Origin: Candidatus Moraniibacteriota bacterium
GTDB taxonomy: Bacteria; Patescibacteriota; Minisyncoccia; Moranbacterales; UBA1568
Assembly: GCA_016699385.1 (NCBI GenBank)
Contig: CP064974.1
Coordinates: 339,042-403,041, forward strand
Length of the DNA stretch: 64,000 nucleotides
Direction: 5' to 3'
The position numbers and the translations under genes are program-made. Every line of letters begins with the position of its first letter. Within the stretch, counting starts at the first letter, position 1. A model generated the notes under the pieces. It saw only the letters and a list, made by a program, of their open reading frames with translations. It made no database searches and was not told the DNA's origin. Positions 1 to 10,510 of the stretch are shown piece after piece.

Positions 1-139
1 CTCTCGTCGCCAGTTTCCACGGATTATGAAAAAATTGGGCGTTTCAATGGTGATAACTGGGAGAAAAATTTCGCTCTTCCAAAGAAAATGAAGAAGACCG
101 GACTGAAAAAGAAGATTTCTAAAAAGTAACAGAAACACT

Positions 140-1153
140 ATGGCAATGCGGAAGAAGCATCCGGAATATCAGTATCTCGATTTATTGAAAGATATTTTGA
201 AGAACGGAACGGATAAAGAGGTCTTTTTTACCCCGGAAATTCTTGAACAATATAAGAAGAATGGACAAACTCCCCCGATTATTCGATCGATATTTGGATA
301 CTCGATGCGTTTCCATGTTGGAGAATACTTTCCTTTGCTAACGACAAAGAAGGTGTTCTTTCGAGGAATTCTGCATGAACTTCTTTGGTTCTTGCGTGGT
401 GATACAAATATTAAATATCTCGTTGATCGAGATGTCCATATTTGGGACGAATGGGCATGGAAGCGATATCATAAGCTATGTGGTGAACACAACTTGCCTG
501 ATATGGATCAGGATGAATTTGTCGAGAAAATAAAAGCTGAATCTGTAGAAAGTCCCTTTGTAAAGGAATGGGGGGATCTTATTATGGCGTATGGAAAAAT
601 GTGGCGTCGATGGCCTGCAAGTGATGGACGCAAGATTGATCAATTGGGATGGCTCATTGAAGGACTGAGGGAAAAACCGTTTCGAAAATCATATGTTGTG
701 TCAGCATGGAATCCGGATTTTATTTATGCAATGGCATCTCCTGGAAATGCTAATGAAGTACCTCCATTTTGTCACACGACGTTTCAATTTGCTGTTACTG
801 GTGATGGAGTTTTGAATCTAGGATTGTATCAGAGAAGTGCCGATACATTTCTCGGTCTCCCGTTTAATATTGCGAGTTATGCACTCTTGCTTCGGATGGT
901 GGCACAGGTGACGGGATTGAAAGCGGGTGATTTTGTGCACAATATCGGGGATGCACATATTTATAGCAACCACTTTAACCAAGTTCGTGAACAGCTTTCT
1001 CGAGATCCGCGATTATTCCCGACATTGAATCTAAATGGGGAAAGAGAAGAGATTGATGATTTCGTGTTTGAAGACTTTACGCTTGAAGGATATGACCCAT
1101 ATCCGGCTATTCGTGCTGAGATTGCTAATATAGGTGGATTTGAGAAAAAATAG
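140..1153 (+). CDS. thyA: Thymidylate synthase (ThyA)
   Basis: 337-aa ORF with the canonical ThyA pattern: conserved R(x)GDTNI and active-site 'PPCH'-like block (PPFCHTTFQF), with folA immediately downstream. Confidence 0.93.
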   Translation: MAMRKKHPEYQYLDLLKDILKNGTDKEVFFTPEILEQYKKNGQTPPIIRSIFGYSMRFHVGEYFPLLTTKKVFFRGILHELLWFLRGDTNIKYLVDRDVHIWDEWAWKRYHKLCGEHNLPDMDQDEFVEKIKAESVESPFVKEWGDLIMAYGKMWRRWPASDGRKIDQLGWLIEGLREKPFRKSYVVSAWNPDFIYAMASPGNANEVPPFCHTTFQFAVTGDGVLNLGLYQRSADTFLGLPFNIASYALLLRMVAQVTGLKAGDFVHNIGDAHIYSNHFNQVREQLSRDPRLFPTLNLNGEREEIDDFVFEDFTLEGYDPYPAIRAEIANIGGFEKK

Positions 1154-1177
1154 TCGACTTGCCTTATCTACCTGTCT

Positions 1178-1678
1178 ATGAATAAGGGAAAAATTAGCGT
1201 CATCGTTGCAATCGGTGAGGGGAATCGGGTGATTGGAGACAGAGGGAAATTGCCATGGAATATTCCGGAAGATTTGAAGCGATTCCGGGCGATTACAACA
1301 GGGCATCCGATTATCATGGGGAGGAATACCTTTCTCTCCATTGGTCGGGCTCTTCCTGGGCGGACGAATATTGTGCTTTCGGATACACCTTGGGAAGATG
1401 CGCCAGAAGATATTCTTCTTGTGTATTCACTAGAGGAGGCAATAGAAAAAGCGCGGAGTACTTCGGGGAGTGATGAGATATTTGTTATCGGTGGAGGCAT
1501 GGTATATAGGACAGCGCTTCCGTATGCAGATCGACTCTACCTCACACTTATTCGAGGAAGTTTTTCCGGCGATGCGTTTTTCCCGGAGTATGAGACGGCC
1601 TTTTCGGAAGTAGTGAGTCGAGAGGAGCGGGAATCAGAGGGATATCGGTATGAGTTTCTTGTTTTGGAGCGAAAATGA
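1178..1678 (+). CDS. folA: Dihydrofolate reductase
   Basis: 166 aa with DHFR N-terminal motif (ISVIVAI...N..IG..G.LPW..PEDL..F) and the GGG motif. Adjacent to thyA. Confidence 0.9.
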   Translation: MNKGKISVIVAIGEGNRVIGDRGKLPWNIPEDLKRFRAITTGHPIIMGRNTFLSIGRALPGRTNIVLSDTPWEDAPEDILLVYSLEEAIEKARSTSGSDEIFVIGGGMVYRTALPYADRLYLTLIRGSFSGDAFFPEYETAFSEVVSREERESEGYRYEFLVLERK

Positions 1679-1722
1679 CTTTCTGATTTCATGCTACAAT
1701 AGGGGCATCATAAAATATCTCT

Positions 1723-2880
1723 ATGCGTGTCGGTATCAATGCGTCATTTCTACGGAAACCTGATACGGGAATTGGGCAGGTGACGTTGAATTTTTTGCGG
1801 AAAGTCTCCGAGAGTTCTCATGTGGAATTTATTTTGTATCTCGAAGAGGATCTCCCAAATGGGCTGAATATCCCGAAGCATTTTCGCAAGCAAGTATTAC
1901 TGCCATTGTGGAAGCGCGATGATGTCGTGCGGAAATTGTGGTGGGAGCGGTGTCTTGTGCCGAAGCAGGCGAAGCGCGATGGCTGTGATGTTTTTATCAG
2001 TCTCTATCAGTCAGCGAGCGTGATGCCGAAGAGTATCCGGCACATAATGCTCGTACATGATATTATTCCAAAACTTTTTCCGAAGTATCTCAACAATTGG
2101 CGTAAGAAACTGCACTGGAAATCAGTTGAGCGCGGTATCTGCCATGCGGATAAGATTTATGCAGTGTCGTCGCGGACAGAGAAAGATTTGATACGACATC
2201 TGGGTATTTCGCCATCATCTATCTCGGTCAACCGCATCGATGTCGACCCGATCTTCAAGCGAGTGGTGACATCGGAGCGAAGTGCGGAAGTGATGCAGAA
2301 GTATCATCTTTCACCCGGCTATCTCTACAACGGAGGCGGACTCGAAGTGCGCAAGAATGCCGAAGGAGTCCTTCGCGCTTATCGCGCATTGCTTGATCGG
2401 GAGAAGTCTGATCATTTGGCACCGGCGACACCGCCGCTTGTTATTTCCGGAAAGCTCTTGCCTCAACTCGCGCCGCTTGTCACGGATATTGAGCAAATGG
2501 TAAAGGATTTTGATCTCACGCCGTATGTTCGCATTCTTGACGCGGTTCCGCAGAGGGATTTGCCGGCGCTCTATGCGGGGGCACGACTCTTTCTCTATCC
2601 ATCGCATTATGAGGGATTTGGACTCCCAGTGCTCGAGGCGATGAGTATTGGGACGCCGGTTGTGACGTCGAAAGTCTCTTCGCTTCCCGAGGTAGGGAAA
2701 GACGCTGTGCTCTACTGTCGACCGGACAGTGTAGATGATATTGCGGCGACCATTCGCAATGCGCTTGCTCGTCGAGATCTCCGCGATATGTTGTCCAGGC
2801 GTGGGAAGGAACGCTCGATGCTCTTCTCGTGGAATGAGTTTTCCAAGAAGCTTCTGCGTTCTGCTATCGGAGAAGTGTGA
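1723..2880 (+). CDS. Glycosyltransferase family 4 (GT-B fold)
   Basis: 385 aa with a GT4-like C-terminal E-x7-E region (YPSHYEGFGLPVLEAM). Confidence 0.75.
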   Translation: MRVGINASFLRKPDTGIGQVTLNFLRKVSESSHVEFILYLEEDLPNGLNIPKHFRKQVLLPLWKRDDVVRKLWWERCLVPKQAKRDGCDVFISLYQSASVMPKSIRHIMLVHDIIPKLFPKYLNNWRKKLHWKSVERGICHADKIYAVSSRTEKDLIRHLGISPSSISVNRIDVDPIFKRVVTSERSAEVMQKYHLSPGYLYNGGGLEVRKNAEGVLRAYRALLDREKSDHLAPATPPLVISGKLLPQLAPLVTDIEQMVKDFDLTPYVRILDAVPQRDLPALYAGARLFLYPSHYEGFGLPVLEAMSIGTPVVTSKVSSLPEVGKDAVLYCRPDSVDDIAATIRNALARRDLRDMLSRRGKERSMLFSWNEFSKKLLRSAIGEV

Positions 2881-2958
2881 TTTTTGAGATTGTTGATTTG
2901 ATTTCTACAAGAGGGATAGATTTCACTTCAAAAAAGAATTTTAGACAAAGAGACGCGT

Positions 2959-4602
2959 ATGATTCGCATTACCGAGGGAGCGCTTTTTCTTGGCGCGTTC
3001 TCGCTCTCACTATTTTTCCTCTTCTTGGGAAACTCCGCTATCTTTCCACTTGATATGGCAGATTTCACATTTTTTGTGATGATTGCTTTTTTCTTCGCGC
3101 TCTATCGACCAGGATGGGCGTTTTTGGTCTTTCTCTCGCTTCTCCCATTCGAGATGATTAACCTTTCACCGGAAGCGCTTGCATTTTCTCTTCGACCCTA
3201 CCAGCTTCTTGGTGGCGTTCTCCTTCTCTCGATGTTGGCGCGTTTTATTGTTCATCGTCTTCCGTTTCCCGTCATGCGATTTCGATGGTTCGATATTGTG
3301 CCGATCGTATTCGGATTGGGAGGATTCCTCGCGATAGGTTTTGCCTCTGATGCTCTGAGTACCACAAAGCAGGCAGTGATTGCTCTTTCCTTTGTTGCAC
3401 TCTATTTTTTATCGCGGCAATTTCTGGGAGAGGCGCGTGATGTGCGGCGCGTGATGCCGTTTCTCGTGCTCTCATCAGTGTGTACAATGCTCTTTGCACT
3501 CTGGCAGAGTGTTCAGTTTACTGCGGGACGGATTTCATTTGAGGTAATGTCGGGGCGTCCGAATGCGTTTTTTGCTGAACCGGATTGGCTTGGGATGTTT
3601 CTGGTGCTGTCGGGGAGTGTCGCGCTTGGTCTCCTCTTTTATTATCTTGACCAACATCACGCTAAAGAGCCTATAGAAAATACCCCGTTTGCGGAGTCGT
3701 CATTTCTCAATCGGTCTATTTATGCGCTGAGCCACTATTCACGAACGCTCTTTCTGCTTTTTGTATTTTGTTTTCTCACACTTTCTTGGCTCGGGATTCT
3801 CCTTACCGTAGCACGTAGCGCTTGGGTTGGCTTTGCCTTTTCGACACTTCTTTTCTTGAAGCTCCTCTTAGTCGGGGGGCATTCATGGTCTTTTCGTAAT
3901 TGGCGATGGAAGCTTTTTGCTCAGGGATGCGTTGTCGCTGCAGTATCTTTTGCTGGGGCACTTATCATGGTGTGGGGATTCCAATTGACGACGTTTGATT
4001 TGACCAATCGAGCAGGGAGTACCACATCGGGACAACAAGAAATCACCGTATCTTGCGAAGCTCCAGCAACACTGCCAGAGCGCATTGAAAATGTCTCGGA
4101 ATTATCTTCGTATGGATGCCGGTTTATTCGGTTGGAAGAAATTGATGCAGAACAATCGGCAGGAAGGTTTGTGTCGACTGTTTCTCGTCCTGATCCAAGT
4201 ATTGAAGCGCGTCGTGTCATTGGACAAAAAACATTCGAAACACTCAAGGCACACTGGTTCTTTGGTATCGGGTGGGGAAATATTGGGAGTATTCTCGGAA
4301 TGGATAATCGAGGTGCAACACTCAATGCAAGCAATGCCTTCCTTGAGTCATGGCTTGGCGGGGGAATATTGAGCGCATTTGCTTTTCTTGTACTGTGGAT
4401 GCTCGTTCCGATATTTGCACTCCGAACATTTTTTGGTTCTGGGAGTGAATCCAATCAGGGCGTGTATCGTGCTATTGCTGTGTTTTTTCTTGTCTCCTGG
4501 ATTGGCTTTACCGTATTCAATGTTTTTAATTCCGGCATATTGCTGGGTTTTGTGTGGATCTGGCTGGGGAGTATCGGGATAATAGCAGGGAAGGGAAAAT
4601 AG
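2959..4602 (+). CDS. O-antigen ligase/Wzy-like polytopic membrane protein
   Basis: 547 aa with more than 10 predicted TM helices and a large periplasmic loop. The architecture is typical of the Wzy_C/O-antigen ligase family. Confidence 0.55.
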   Translation: MIRITEGALFLGAFSLSLFFLFLGNSAIFPLDMADFTFFVMIAFFFALYRPGWAFLVFLSLLPFEMINLSPEALAFSLRPYQLLGGVLLLSMLARFIVHRLPFPVMRFRWFDIVPIVFGLGGFLAIGFASDALSTTKQAVIALSFVALYFLSRQFLGEARDVRRVMPFLVLSSVCTMLFALWQSVQFTAGRISFEVMSGRPNAFFAEPDWLGMFLVLSGSVALGLLFYYLDQHHAKEPIENTPFAESSFLNRSIYALSHYSRTLFLLFVFCFLTLSWLGILLTVARSAWVGFAFSTLLFLKLLLVGGHSWSFRNWRWKLFAQGCVVAAVSFAGALIMVWGFQLTTFDLTNRAGSTTSGQQEITVSCEAPATLPERIENVSELSSYGCRFIRLEEIDAEQSAGRFVSTVSRPDPSIEARRVIGQKTFETLKAHWFFGIGWGNIGSILGMDNRGATLNASNAFLESWLGGGILSAFAFLVLWMLVPIFALRTFFGSGSESNQGVYRAIAVFFLVSWIGFTVFNVFNSGILLGFVWIWLGSIGIIAGKGK

Positions 4603-4630
4603 GGTATAATAGAGTTCCCCGACATACCCT

Positions 4631-6532
4631 ATGAATATTTTTGGATCTTCTTCGCGATATCGCGGGATGGAAATCGATGACGCGGTACTCACGATAACAG
4701 AAAAAGATGCGGCGCGACTGGAAGCTCCTCTTCATCGCGGATTGGCACGGTGGTTTCGGATTTTTTTCGCTACTATCCTTGTTCTTCTTGGTGCGCGGGT
4801 TTTCTTTCTCAATGTCGTGAGAGGTGCCTACTATCAAGATGTTGCCGTGCGAAATAGTGTACGCAATGTGCTCCTCTCCGCACCGCGCGGACTCATCTTC
4901 GATCGGTATGGGAAGCAATTGGTGCGAAATGTGCCGAGTATGGAGCTTATTGCGACGCCGGCAGATCTCCCGAAGTCCGAAGAGGAGCGTCAGGCACTTA
5001 TCGAACATTTGCGGAGCTTTATTACATTTGATTCAGATGAATGGGCAGCATCTCTTCAATCTGCTGCTGGCGCATTCTCGTTGCCCGTAATCTTGAAGCT
5101 TGCACTGACACAAGATGAATCGCTTATTTTCTCGGCGCGTTCCGCGGAATTTCCCGGCGTGTCGCTTGAGCGCTCGGCTGTTCGCGAGTATCAGGATGGT
5201 TTGATTTTTTCGCATATCCTTGGATACGAAGGAAAGATTCGCAAAGAAGAGCTCGCTGAGCATTCAGACTATTTACCAATCGATTCTATCGGAAAGCAGG
5301 GTATTGAGAAAAGTTATGAGTTGGCACTTCGCGGGAAGCGCGGTGCCGATCGGGTGGAAGTGGATTCGCGAGGCGCTATCAAGAAAGAGCTTGGCGTTTT
5401 TGATCCCGAACCGGGGAATGATCTCATTCTCAATATTGATGCGGATTTGCAAAAGAGGCTCTTTGATAGCCTGAGTGCGACGCTCGAGAAGGCGGGACTT
5501 CGGAAGGGGGCGGCGGTTGCTCTTGATCCACGTGACGGAAGTGTCTTGGCACTCGTCAGTCTTCCATCTTTCGACAACAATCTTTTTGCAGGGGGCATCG
5601 ATTCTCCGAGCTACGCAGCGTTGATTGGCGATGATGCCCTCCCACTCTTTAATCGCACACTTGCAGGTGAATATCCGCCTGGGTCGACGATTAAGCCTTT
5701 CTTGGCAAGTGCTGCACTCGCTGAGGGAGTTGTCACACCGGATACGCAAATAGAGAGTCGAGGAGGAATCACGGTTGCGGGGTTTTCATTTGGCGATTGG
5801 AAGACACACGGGTTTACTGATATTCGTCATGCGATTGCAGTGTCGAGCGATGTGTATTTCTATAGTATTGGTGGCGGGTATGGGAATATTCGTGGACTTG
5901 GTATGGAGAAGATGGACGAATACGAACAATTGTTTGGATTTGGATCGGAGACAGGTATTGACATTCCTGGTGAAAAGCAGGGGTTTATTCCGACGCCTCA
6001 GTGGAAAGAAGAGAAAATTGGCGAGCGATGGTATATTGGTGATACGTATCACGCAGCAATTGGGCAGGGATTTGTTTTGGCAACGCCGATGCAATTGGTA
6101 AATGCAACGGCAGCTATTGCCAATGGTGGAACGATTTGGAAACCGAGAGTAGTGGGGCAAATTCGTTCTCGTGATGGAACCCTGCAGACAGTGGCACCAG
6201 AAGTGCTGCGTCGGAACGTCGTAGATTCATCGATTTTGAAGATTGTGAAAGAAGGTATGCGTATGACGGTGACGGAGAACGTTGGAACAGCGCAATCACT
6301 TGCGAGCCTCCCGGTTGCTGTTGCAGGGAAGACAGGGACGGCTCAGTTTGGCGCCGAAAAGAAGACTCATGGCTGGTTTGAATCATTCGCCCCCTATGAA
6401 CATCCGACCATTGCTCTTGTCGTGCTGGTTGAGGGGCAAGAGAATGAGGGGTACTTTGCTGTTCCTGTGACAAAGGACGTGCTCTCCTGGTATTTCACGG
6501 AAGGAAACGGGAAGGAAGAGGTGAAGAAGTGA
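4631..6532 (+). CDS. Penicillin-binding protein 2 / peptidoglycan D,D-transpeptidase (FtsI/MrdA family)
   Basis: N-terminal TM anchor and PBP dimerisation region, plus the three transpeptidase motifs: SxxK (STIKPF), SxD (SSDV) and KTG (KTGTA). Confidence 0.85.
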   Translation: MNIFGSSSRYRGMEIDDAVLTITEKDAARLEAPLHRGLARWFRIFFATILVLLGARVFFLNVVRGAYYQDVAVRNSVRNVLLSAPRGLIFDRYGKQLVRNVPSMELIATPADLPKSEEERQALIEHLRSFITFDSDEWAASLQSAAGAFSLPVILKLALTQDESLIFSARSAEFPGVSLERSAVREYQDGLIFSHILGYEGKIRKEELAEHSDYLPIDSIGKQGIEKSYELALRGKRGADRVEVDSRGAIKKELGVFDPEPGNDLILNIDADLQKRLFDSLSATLEKAGLRKGAAVALDPRDGSVLALVSLPSFDNNLFAGGIDSPSYAALIGDDALPLFNRTLAGEYPPGSTIKPFLASAALAEGVVTPDTQIESRGGITVAGFSFGDWKTHGFTDIRHAIAVSSDVYFYSIGGGYGNIRGLGMEKMDEYEQLFGFGSETGIDIPGEKQGFIPTPQWKEEKIGERWYIGDTYHAAIGQGFVLATPMQLVNATAAIANGGTIWKPRVVGQIRSRDGTLQTVAPEVLRRNVVDSSILKIVKEGMRMTVTENVGTAQSLASLPVAVAGKTGTAQFGAEKKTHGWFESFAPYEHPTIALVVLVEGQENEGYFAVPVTKDVLSWYFTEGNGKEEVKK

Positions 6533-6556
6533 CAATTCACCTCGACAATGCTGATA

Positions 6557-6584
6557 TTGACAATGGCAGGCGCTCTGCTATCAT
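6557..6584 (+). promoter_or_regulatory. Sigma-70-like promoter for greA (TTGACA-16 nt-TATCAT)
   Basis: Near-consensus -35 TTGACA and -10 TATCAT with a 16-nt spacer, about 65 nt upstream of the greA start. Confidence 0.4.
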
Positions 6585-6648
6585 GAGTGGCATTGCGCGT
6601 CTCCTTTGGCGCTCATAAAACAAAATTAAGCGAATAATTCCGTGGTTT

Positions 6649-7104
6649 ATGGCGAAAATATTGACGAAAGATGGACTGAAAAAGCTTCAGGAAGAATTGG
6701 AGGAACGCAAGGTGGCGATGCGCCAGCGAATTGCTGCTTCGATAAAAGAAGCGAAGGAGCAGGGCGATCTTTCTGAAAATGCGGAGTACAGCGAGGCGAA
6801 ACAGGAACAAGCTGAGAATGAGTCTCGTATAGCTGAACTCGAATCGTCTCTCAAAGATGCTGTTGTAGCGCGTCACAATAGTCAGACTTCTGGTGTGCAG
6901 ATTGGGTCTGTTGTGAAGACACTCTTGCGTGGCAAGGAAATGGCATTCACGATTGTGGGATCGAATGAAGTTGATCCATCTGCCGGGAAAATTTCACATG
7001 AATCTCCTCTCGGAAAAGCGTTCCTCAATAAGGAAAAAGGCGCTCGTATTTCTGTGGAAACCCCTGCCGGGAGTATGGACTACGAAATTCTTGATGTTGC
7101 TTAG
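6649..7104 (+). CDS. greA: Transcription elongation factor GreA
   Basis: 151 aa with an N-terminal coiled-coil carrying acidic tip residues (DLSENAEY) and a C-terminal FKBP-like domain. Confidence 0.9.
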   Translation: MAKILTKDGLKKLQEELEERKVAMRQRIAASIKEAKEQGDLSENAEYSEAKQEQAENESRIAELESSLKDAVVARHNSQTSGVQIGSVVKTLLRGKEMAFTIVGSNEVDPSAGKISHESPLGKAFLNKEKGARISVETPAGSMDYEILDVA

Positions 7105-7162
7105 GCATCGTATCACTGTAGTGGGTACTGCCAATAGCTCCTCAATTACGTACAACTTAATG

Positions 7163-7193
7163 AAACCGTCGGAGTATTCCGGCGGTTTTTTTG
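7163..7193 (+). terminator. Rho-independent terminator after greA
   Basis: GC-rich hairpin ccgtcgg-agtatt-ccggcgg (one G·U pair) followed by a T7 run. Confidence 0.6.
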
Positions 7194-7297
7194 CTCCAAT
7201 TTTTGTTTCTTGGTATACTCTCTTCGAGCAAAGCCTTTTCTGGAAGTTTCTCTCGATAGCTCAGTGATGTGCCTTTAATTTTGTAGGTTTATAGATT

Positions 7298-7852
7298 ATG
7301 GAACGAACATTTAAGATGTTGCTCGTGGATGATGATACAGATACGCGGAGCTTGTATGCTGAAGTGTTTCAGGCAGCTGGTTTCGAAGTCCGAGAGGCAA
7401 AGGATGGACTTGAAGGACTCGAGATGGCAACATCTGATCGTCCGGATGTGGTTTTCACGGGTATCATTATGCCACGAATGGATGGTTTTGCACTCACAGA
7501 GGCATTGCGAAGCAATGTGGTCACTTCGTCGATTCCCATTGCTTTCTCCTCACACTTAGGGCGACAAGAAGATCAGCAGCGAGCCAAGGAACTTGGTGTT
7601 GATGAGTTTATCGTCCGAGATGTTGTGACGCCGAATGAAGCTGTAGCACGTATTCAATCGCTCGTGTCTCATAGCGAGTATATGATTGCGTTTGATATCC
7701 GAGCACTTGATGCGCAGAAGCTGGCAGCTGATTTGCGTCTGAATCCAAATTTTCTTTGCTCAGAGAATGGCGGTCGACAATTTGCCCTGCGTCTCAAGGT
7801 GAAAAACACTTCGACGAGAACATTTGAGGCAGAGTTTGTTTGTATTCCATGA
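7298..7852 (+). CDS. Response regulator (REC domain) with an uncharacterised C-terminal domain
   Basis: N-terminal CheY-like receiver with the acidic pocket LLVDDD, phospho-acceptor Asp in MPRMDGF, and the conserved Ser/Lys region. The ~60-aa C-terminal extension has no recognisable output domain. No histidine kinase is nearby. Confidence 0.7.
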   Translation: MERTFKMLLVDDDTDTRSLYAEVFQAAGFEVREAKDGLEGLEMATSDRPDVVFTGIIMPRMDGFALTEALRSNVVTSSIPIAFSSHLGRQEDQQRAKELGVDEFIVRDVVTPNEAVARIQSLVSHSEYMIAFDIRALDAQKLAADLRLNPNFLCSENGGRQFALRLKVKNTSTRTFEAEFVCIP

Positions 7853-7881
7853 GCGGCAGTTGACTCTTTTCTTTTCTTCTT

Positions 7882-8676
7882 ATGGATACAAGTATCGCTC
7901 ATGCACTGCTTCTTGGAATCGTGCAGGGGCTTTCGGAATTTCTGCCCATATCGAGTTCGGGGCATCTGGTTATTCTCCCGTGGATTTTTGACTTCTCAGA
8001 TCCCGGGCTCTCTTTCGATGTGGCGCTTCATGCAGGGACGCTCATCGCGGTTCTCGGATACTTTTGGCGCGATTGGTGTAACATCTTTCATCTTCGAGAT
8101 GATATGCCGCAGTATCGCAGCGTGCCGAACTTATTACTCTTCTTGGTCGCAGCAACGGTTCCCGGAGCAATAGCGGGTGCACTTCTTGAAAAGCAAGCAG
8201 AGACTGTCTTTCGCGATCCACTTCTTATTGCGACGACGCTGTTCACCTTTGGTGCATTGCTTCTCTTGGCCGACAAACGGGGAAGCAAGGTGCGCTCTGT
8301 GGAGAAGATTACTTTGCGAGACGCGCTTGCTATCGGGTGTGCTCAGGCGCTCGCCATTGTGCCGGGTGTTTCGCGCTCGGGCATTACCATTACGGCGGCG
8401 CTTGCTCGTGGTATTGATCGCGCTTCGGCTGCTCGATTTTCCTTCCTACTCTCGACGCCGATTATTTGCGCAGCCCTCCTCGCAAATGCACGAGCGCTTT
8501 TTGCTGCCGGCATTACACTTCCATTTATTGTGGGCGTGCTGTCATCGGCAGTCTCCGGATATTTTGCCATAGCCTCTCTCATACGATTTGTTGAACGAGC
8601 AAGTTACCGCGTATTTTTCTGGTATCGTGCGGCGATTGCGCTCATTATTGTTTCTTTTATCTTTCTGCACGTATGA
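7882..8676 (+). CDS. uppP: Undecaprenyl-diphosphate phosphatase (UppP/BacA)
   Basis: 264 aa with 8 TM helices and BacA motifs (GISRSG, SSSGHL-like). Overlaps folD as ATGA. Confidence 0.88.
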   Translation: MDTSIAHALLLGIVQGLSEFLPISSSGHLVILPWIFDFSDPGLSFDVALHAGTLIAVLGYFWRDWCNIFHLRDDMPQYRSVPNLLLFLVAATVPGAIAGALLEKQAETVFRDPLLIATTLFTFGALLLLADKRGSKVRSVEKITLRDALAIGCAQALAIVPGVSRSGITITAALARGIDRASAARFSFLLSTPIICAALLANARALFAAGITLPFIVGVLSSAVSGYFAIASLIRFVERASYRVFFWYRAAIALIIVSFIFLHV

Positions 8677-9527
8677 AGCTTCTCGAAGGAAAGCCGATAG
8701 CAGACAACATCATGAAGCGCTTGGAGAGGGAAATTCAAGAGCACCATCTCCGACCGGGGCTTGGTGTCATATTGGTCGGCGACGATGCCGCATCGCATCT
8801 CTATGTGACGCTCAAGGAACGAGCAGCTGAACGTATCGGCATACGCGTTGAGAAAAAGCTTTTCCTTGAGAATGCTCCGCAAGCCGAGATCGAACAGGCT
8901 ATTGATACATTTAACGCTGATCAATTGCTTCATGGCATACTCGTACAGGTACCACTTCCGGCGCATCTCGATACGGACGCAATCATCAATAGAATGAATC
9001 TCGACAAGGATGTTGACGGATTCCACCCGGAGAATGAACAACGTTTTTTGGCAGGGAAACGGTCATCATTCCCGGTATTTCCCCATGCAATACTGGAGCT
9101 TATTTACGCATCCGGTGAGTCACTTGAGGGGAAGACAGCGGTCGTTATCGGAAATTCATGGCGATTTGGCGATATGATGTGTCAGGTGCTCTCGCGGGAG
9201 GGTGTACAGGCGAAACATATCCCTTGTGTTGAATGTACCTCCGAGCAGGGGCTCTTTGAACTGAAATCGGCAGATATTGTCATCTCTGCTTGTGGAAAGG
9301 AACGAACAATTACGAACACTATGCTGAAGCCGGGCGTGATTGTCATCGATGGAGGCATAGTCAAAGAGGGCGCGCGTGTTGTGGGCGATGTCGATCGCAA
9401 GAGCGTAGAAGAAGGAGAAGGCTTCCTTTCGCCAGTCCCGGGTGGTGTCGGTCCCGTGACAATCGCTTGCCTCCTTTCAAACGTCGTCGAAGCCGCACAA
9501 CGACAAAAACAAAAACAAGCGGCGTAA
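8673..9527 (+). CDS. folD: Bifunctional methylene-THF dehydrogenase/cyclohydrolase FolD
   Basis: 284 aa with the FolD signature (LVQVPLP...D.DGFHP, GGVGPVT). Confidence 0.9.
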   Translation: MKLLEGKPIADNIMKRLEREIQEHHLRPGLGVILVGDDAASHLYVTLKERAAERIGIRVEKKLFLENAPQAEIEQAIDTFNADQLLHGILVQVPLPAHLDTDAIINRMNLDKDVDGFHPENEQRFLAGKRSSFPVFPHAILELIYASGESLEGKTAVVIGNSWRFGDMMCQVLSREGVQAKHIPCVECTSEQGLFELKSADIVISACGKERTITNTMLKPGVIVIDGGIVKEGARVVGDVDRKSVEEGEGFLSPVPGGVGPVTIACLLSNVVEAAQRQKQKQAA

Positions 9528-9548
9528 ATACGCCTCTTGTTTTCTCTG

Positions 9549-9632
9549 TGCCGATGGCGGGAGTTGAACCCGCATGGGCTTGCGCCCACACGATTTTGAG
9601 TCGTGCGTGTCTGCCAGTTCCACCACATCGGC
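9549..9632 (-). tRNA. tRNA-Leu (anticodon CAA)
   Basis: Reverse complement folds as a cloverleaf with acceptor GCCGATG/CATCGGC, anticodon loop CUCAAAA, a long variable arm (class II), and T-loop GTTCAACTC. No CCA is encoded. Coordinates ±2 nt. Confidence 0.8.
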
Positions 9633-9736
9633 ATCTGGAAACGATTGAATCTCTAGCATTGAAGCTCGGTCTCGAATGGAGTATACTGAAAAAGTCAAAA
9701 TATTCCAAGTCCCCTTGAGGGGCATGCTCTTTTCTT

Positions 9737-10510
9737 ATGGCAAAAGTAGTCACACTGGTTAATCAAAAAGGTGGGGTAGGGAAGACAACCTCGACCATCA
9801 ATATCGCCCGCTACCTCGCGGATTCTGGGAAGCGCGTGCTTCTTATCGATCTCGACCCACAGGCAAATGCTTCATCTGGCATTGGTGTTGATTCGCGATC
9901 GCTTGAGAAAACGCTCTATCATGCACTTCTTCTCGGTGAGCGACTCGAAAATGTTGTCCTTGCGACGCCGACTCCCAATCAGCATCTTTTGCCGTCATCG
10001 CAGGATTTGGCAGGGGCGGAAGTTGAAATGATGAATATCGAGGGGCGTGAATATCTTCTCTCGAAACTGGTCGCGCGTCTGCGACCGTACTATGACTATA
10101 TATTGATAGACAGTCCGCCGTCTCTCGGGCTTCTTACTGTGAATGGTCTCACGGCGAGTGATGAGGTGATTGTTCCTGTGCAGACCGAGTACTATGCGCT
10201 TGAGGGATTGAGCCAGCTCCTGTCAACGATCGACCTTGTGCGCGAGCGACTTCGCCCCGAGCTCAAAATAATGGGCGCGCTCCTCACTCTCTATGATCGC
10301 CGGAATCGCCTCGCGCGTCAGGTGGTGCAGGAGGTGACTGATCATTTCCCCGGACCCGTTTTCAAGAGCGTTATCCCGCGCTCCATTCGCCTCGCTGAGG
10401 CGCCGTCCTACGGCAAATCCATCCTCGATTTCGATGCTTTTTCGAAAGGCGCTCGTTCCTACAAAGCCGTCGTTCGAGAAATCATTGACCGCGAACGAGA
10501 GGATAAATAG
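9737..10510 (+). CDS. parA: ParA/Soj-family partition ATPase
   Basis: 257 aa with the deviant Walker A KGGVGKTT and ParA family motifs. No parB lies adjacent in this window. Confidence 0.85.
   Translation: MAKVVTLVNQKGGVGKTTSTINIARYLADSGKRVLLIDLDPQANASSGIGVDSRSLEKTLYHALLLGERLENVVLATPTPNQHLLPSSQDLAGAEVEMMNIEGREYLLSKLVARLRPYYDYILIDSPPSLGLLTVNGLTASDEVIVPVQTEYYALEGLSQLLSTIDLVRERLRPELKIMGALLTLYDRRNRLARQVVQEVTDHFPGPVFKSVIPRSIRLAEAPSYGKSILDFDAFSKGARSYKAVVREIIDREREDK

Noticed and set aside
8604-9041. 145-aa minus-strand ORF
   Set aside because: Antisense to folD.
9634-9736. Possible parS site upstream of parA
   Set aside because: I looked for the tGTTtCAcGTGAAAca consensus and found no match. There is only a short cccc-TTGA-gggg palindrome of uncertain meaning.
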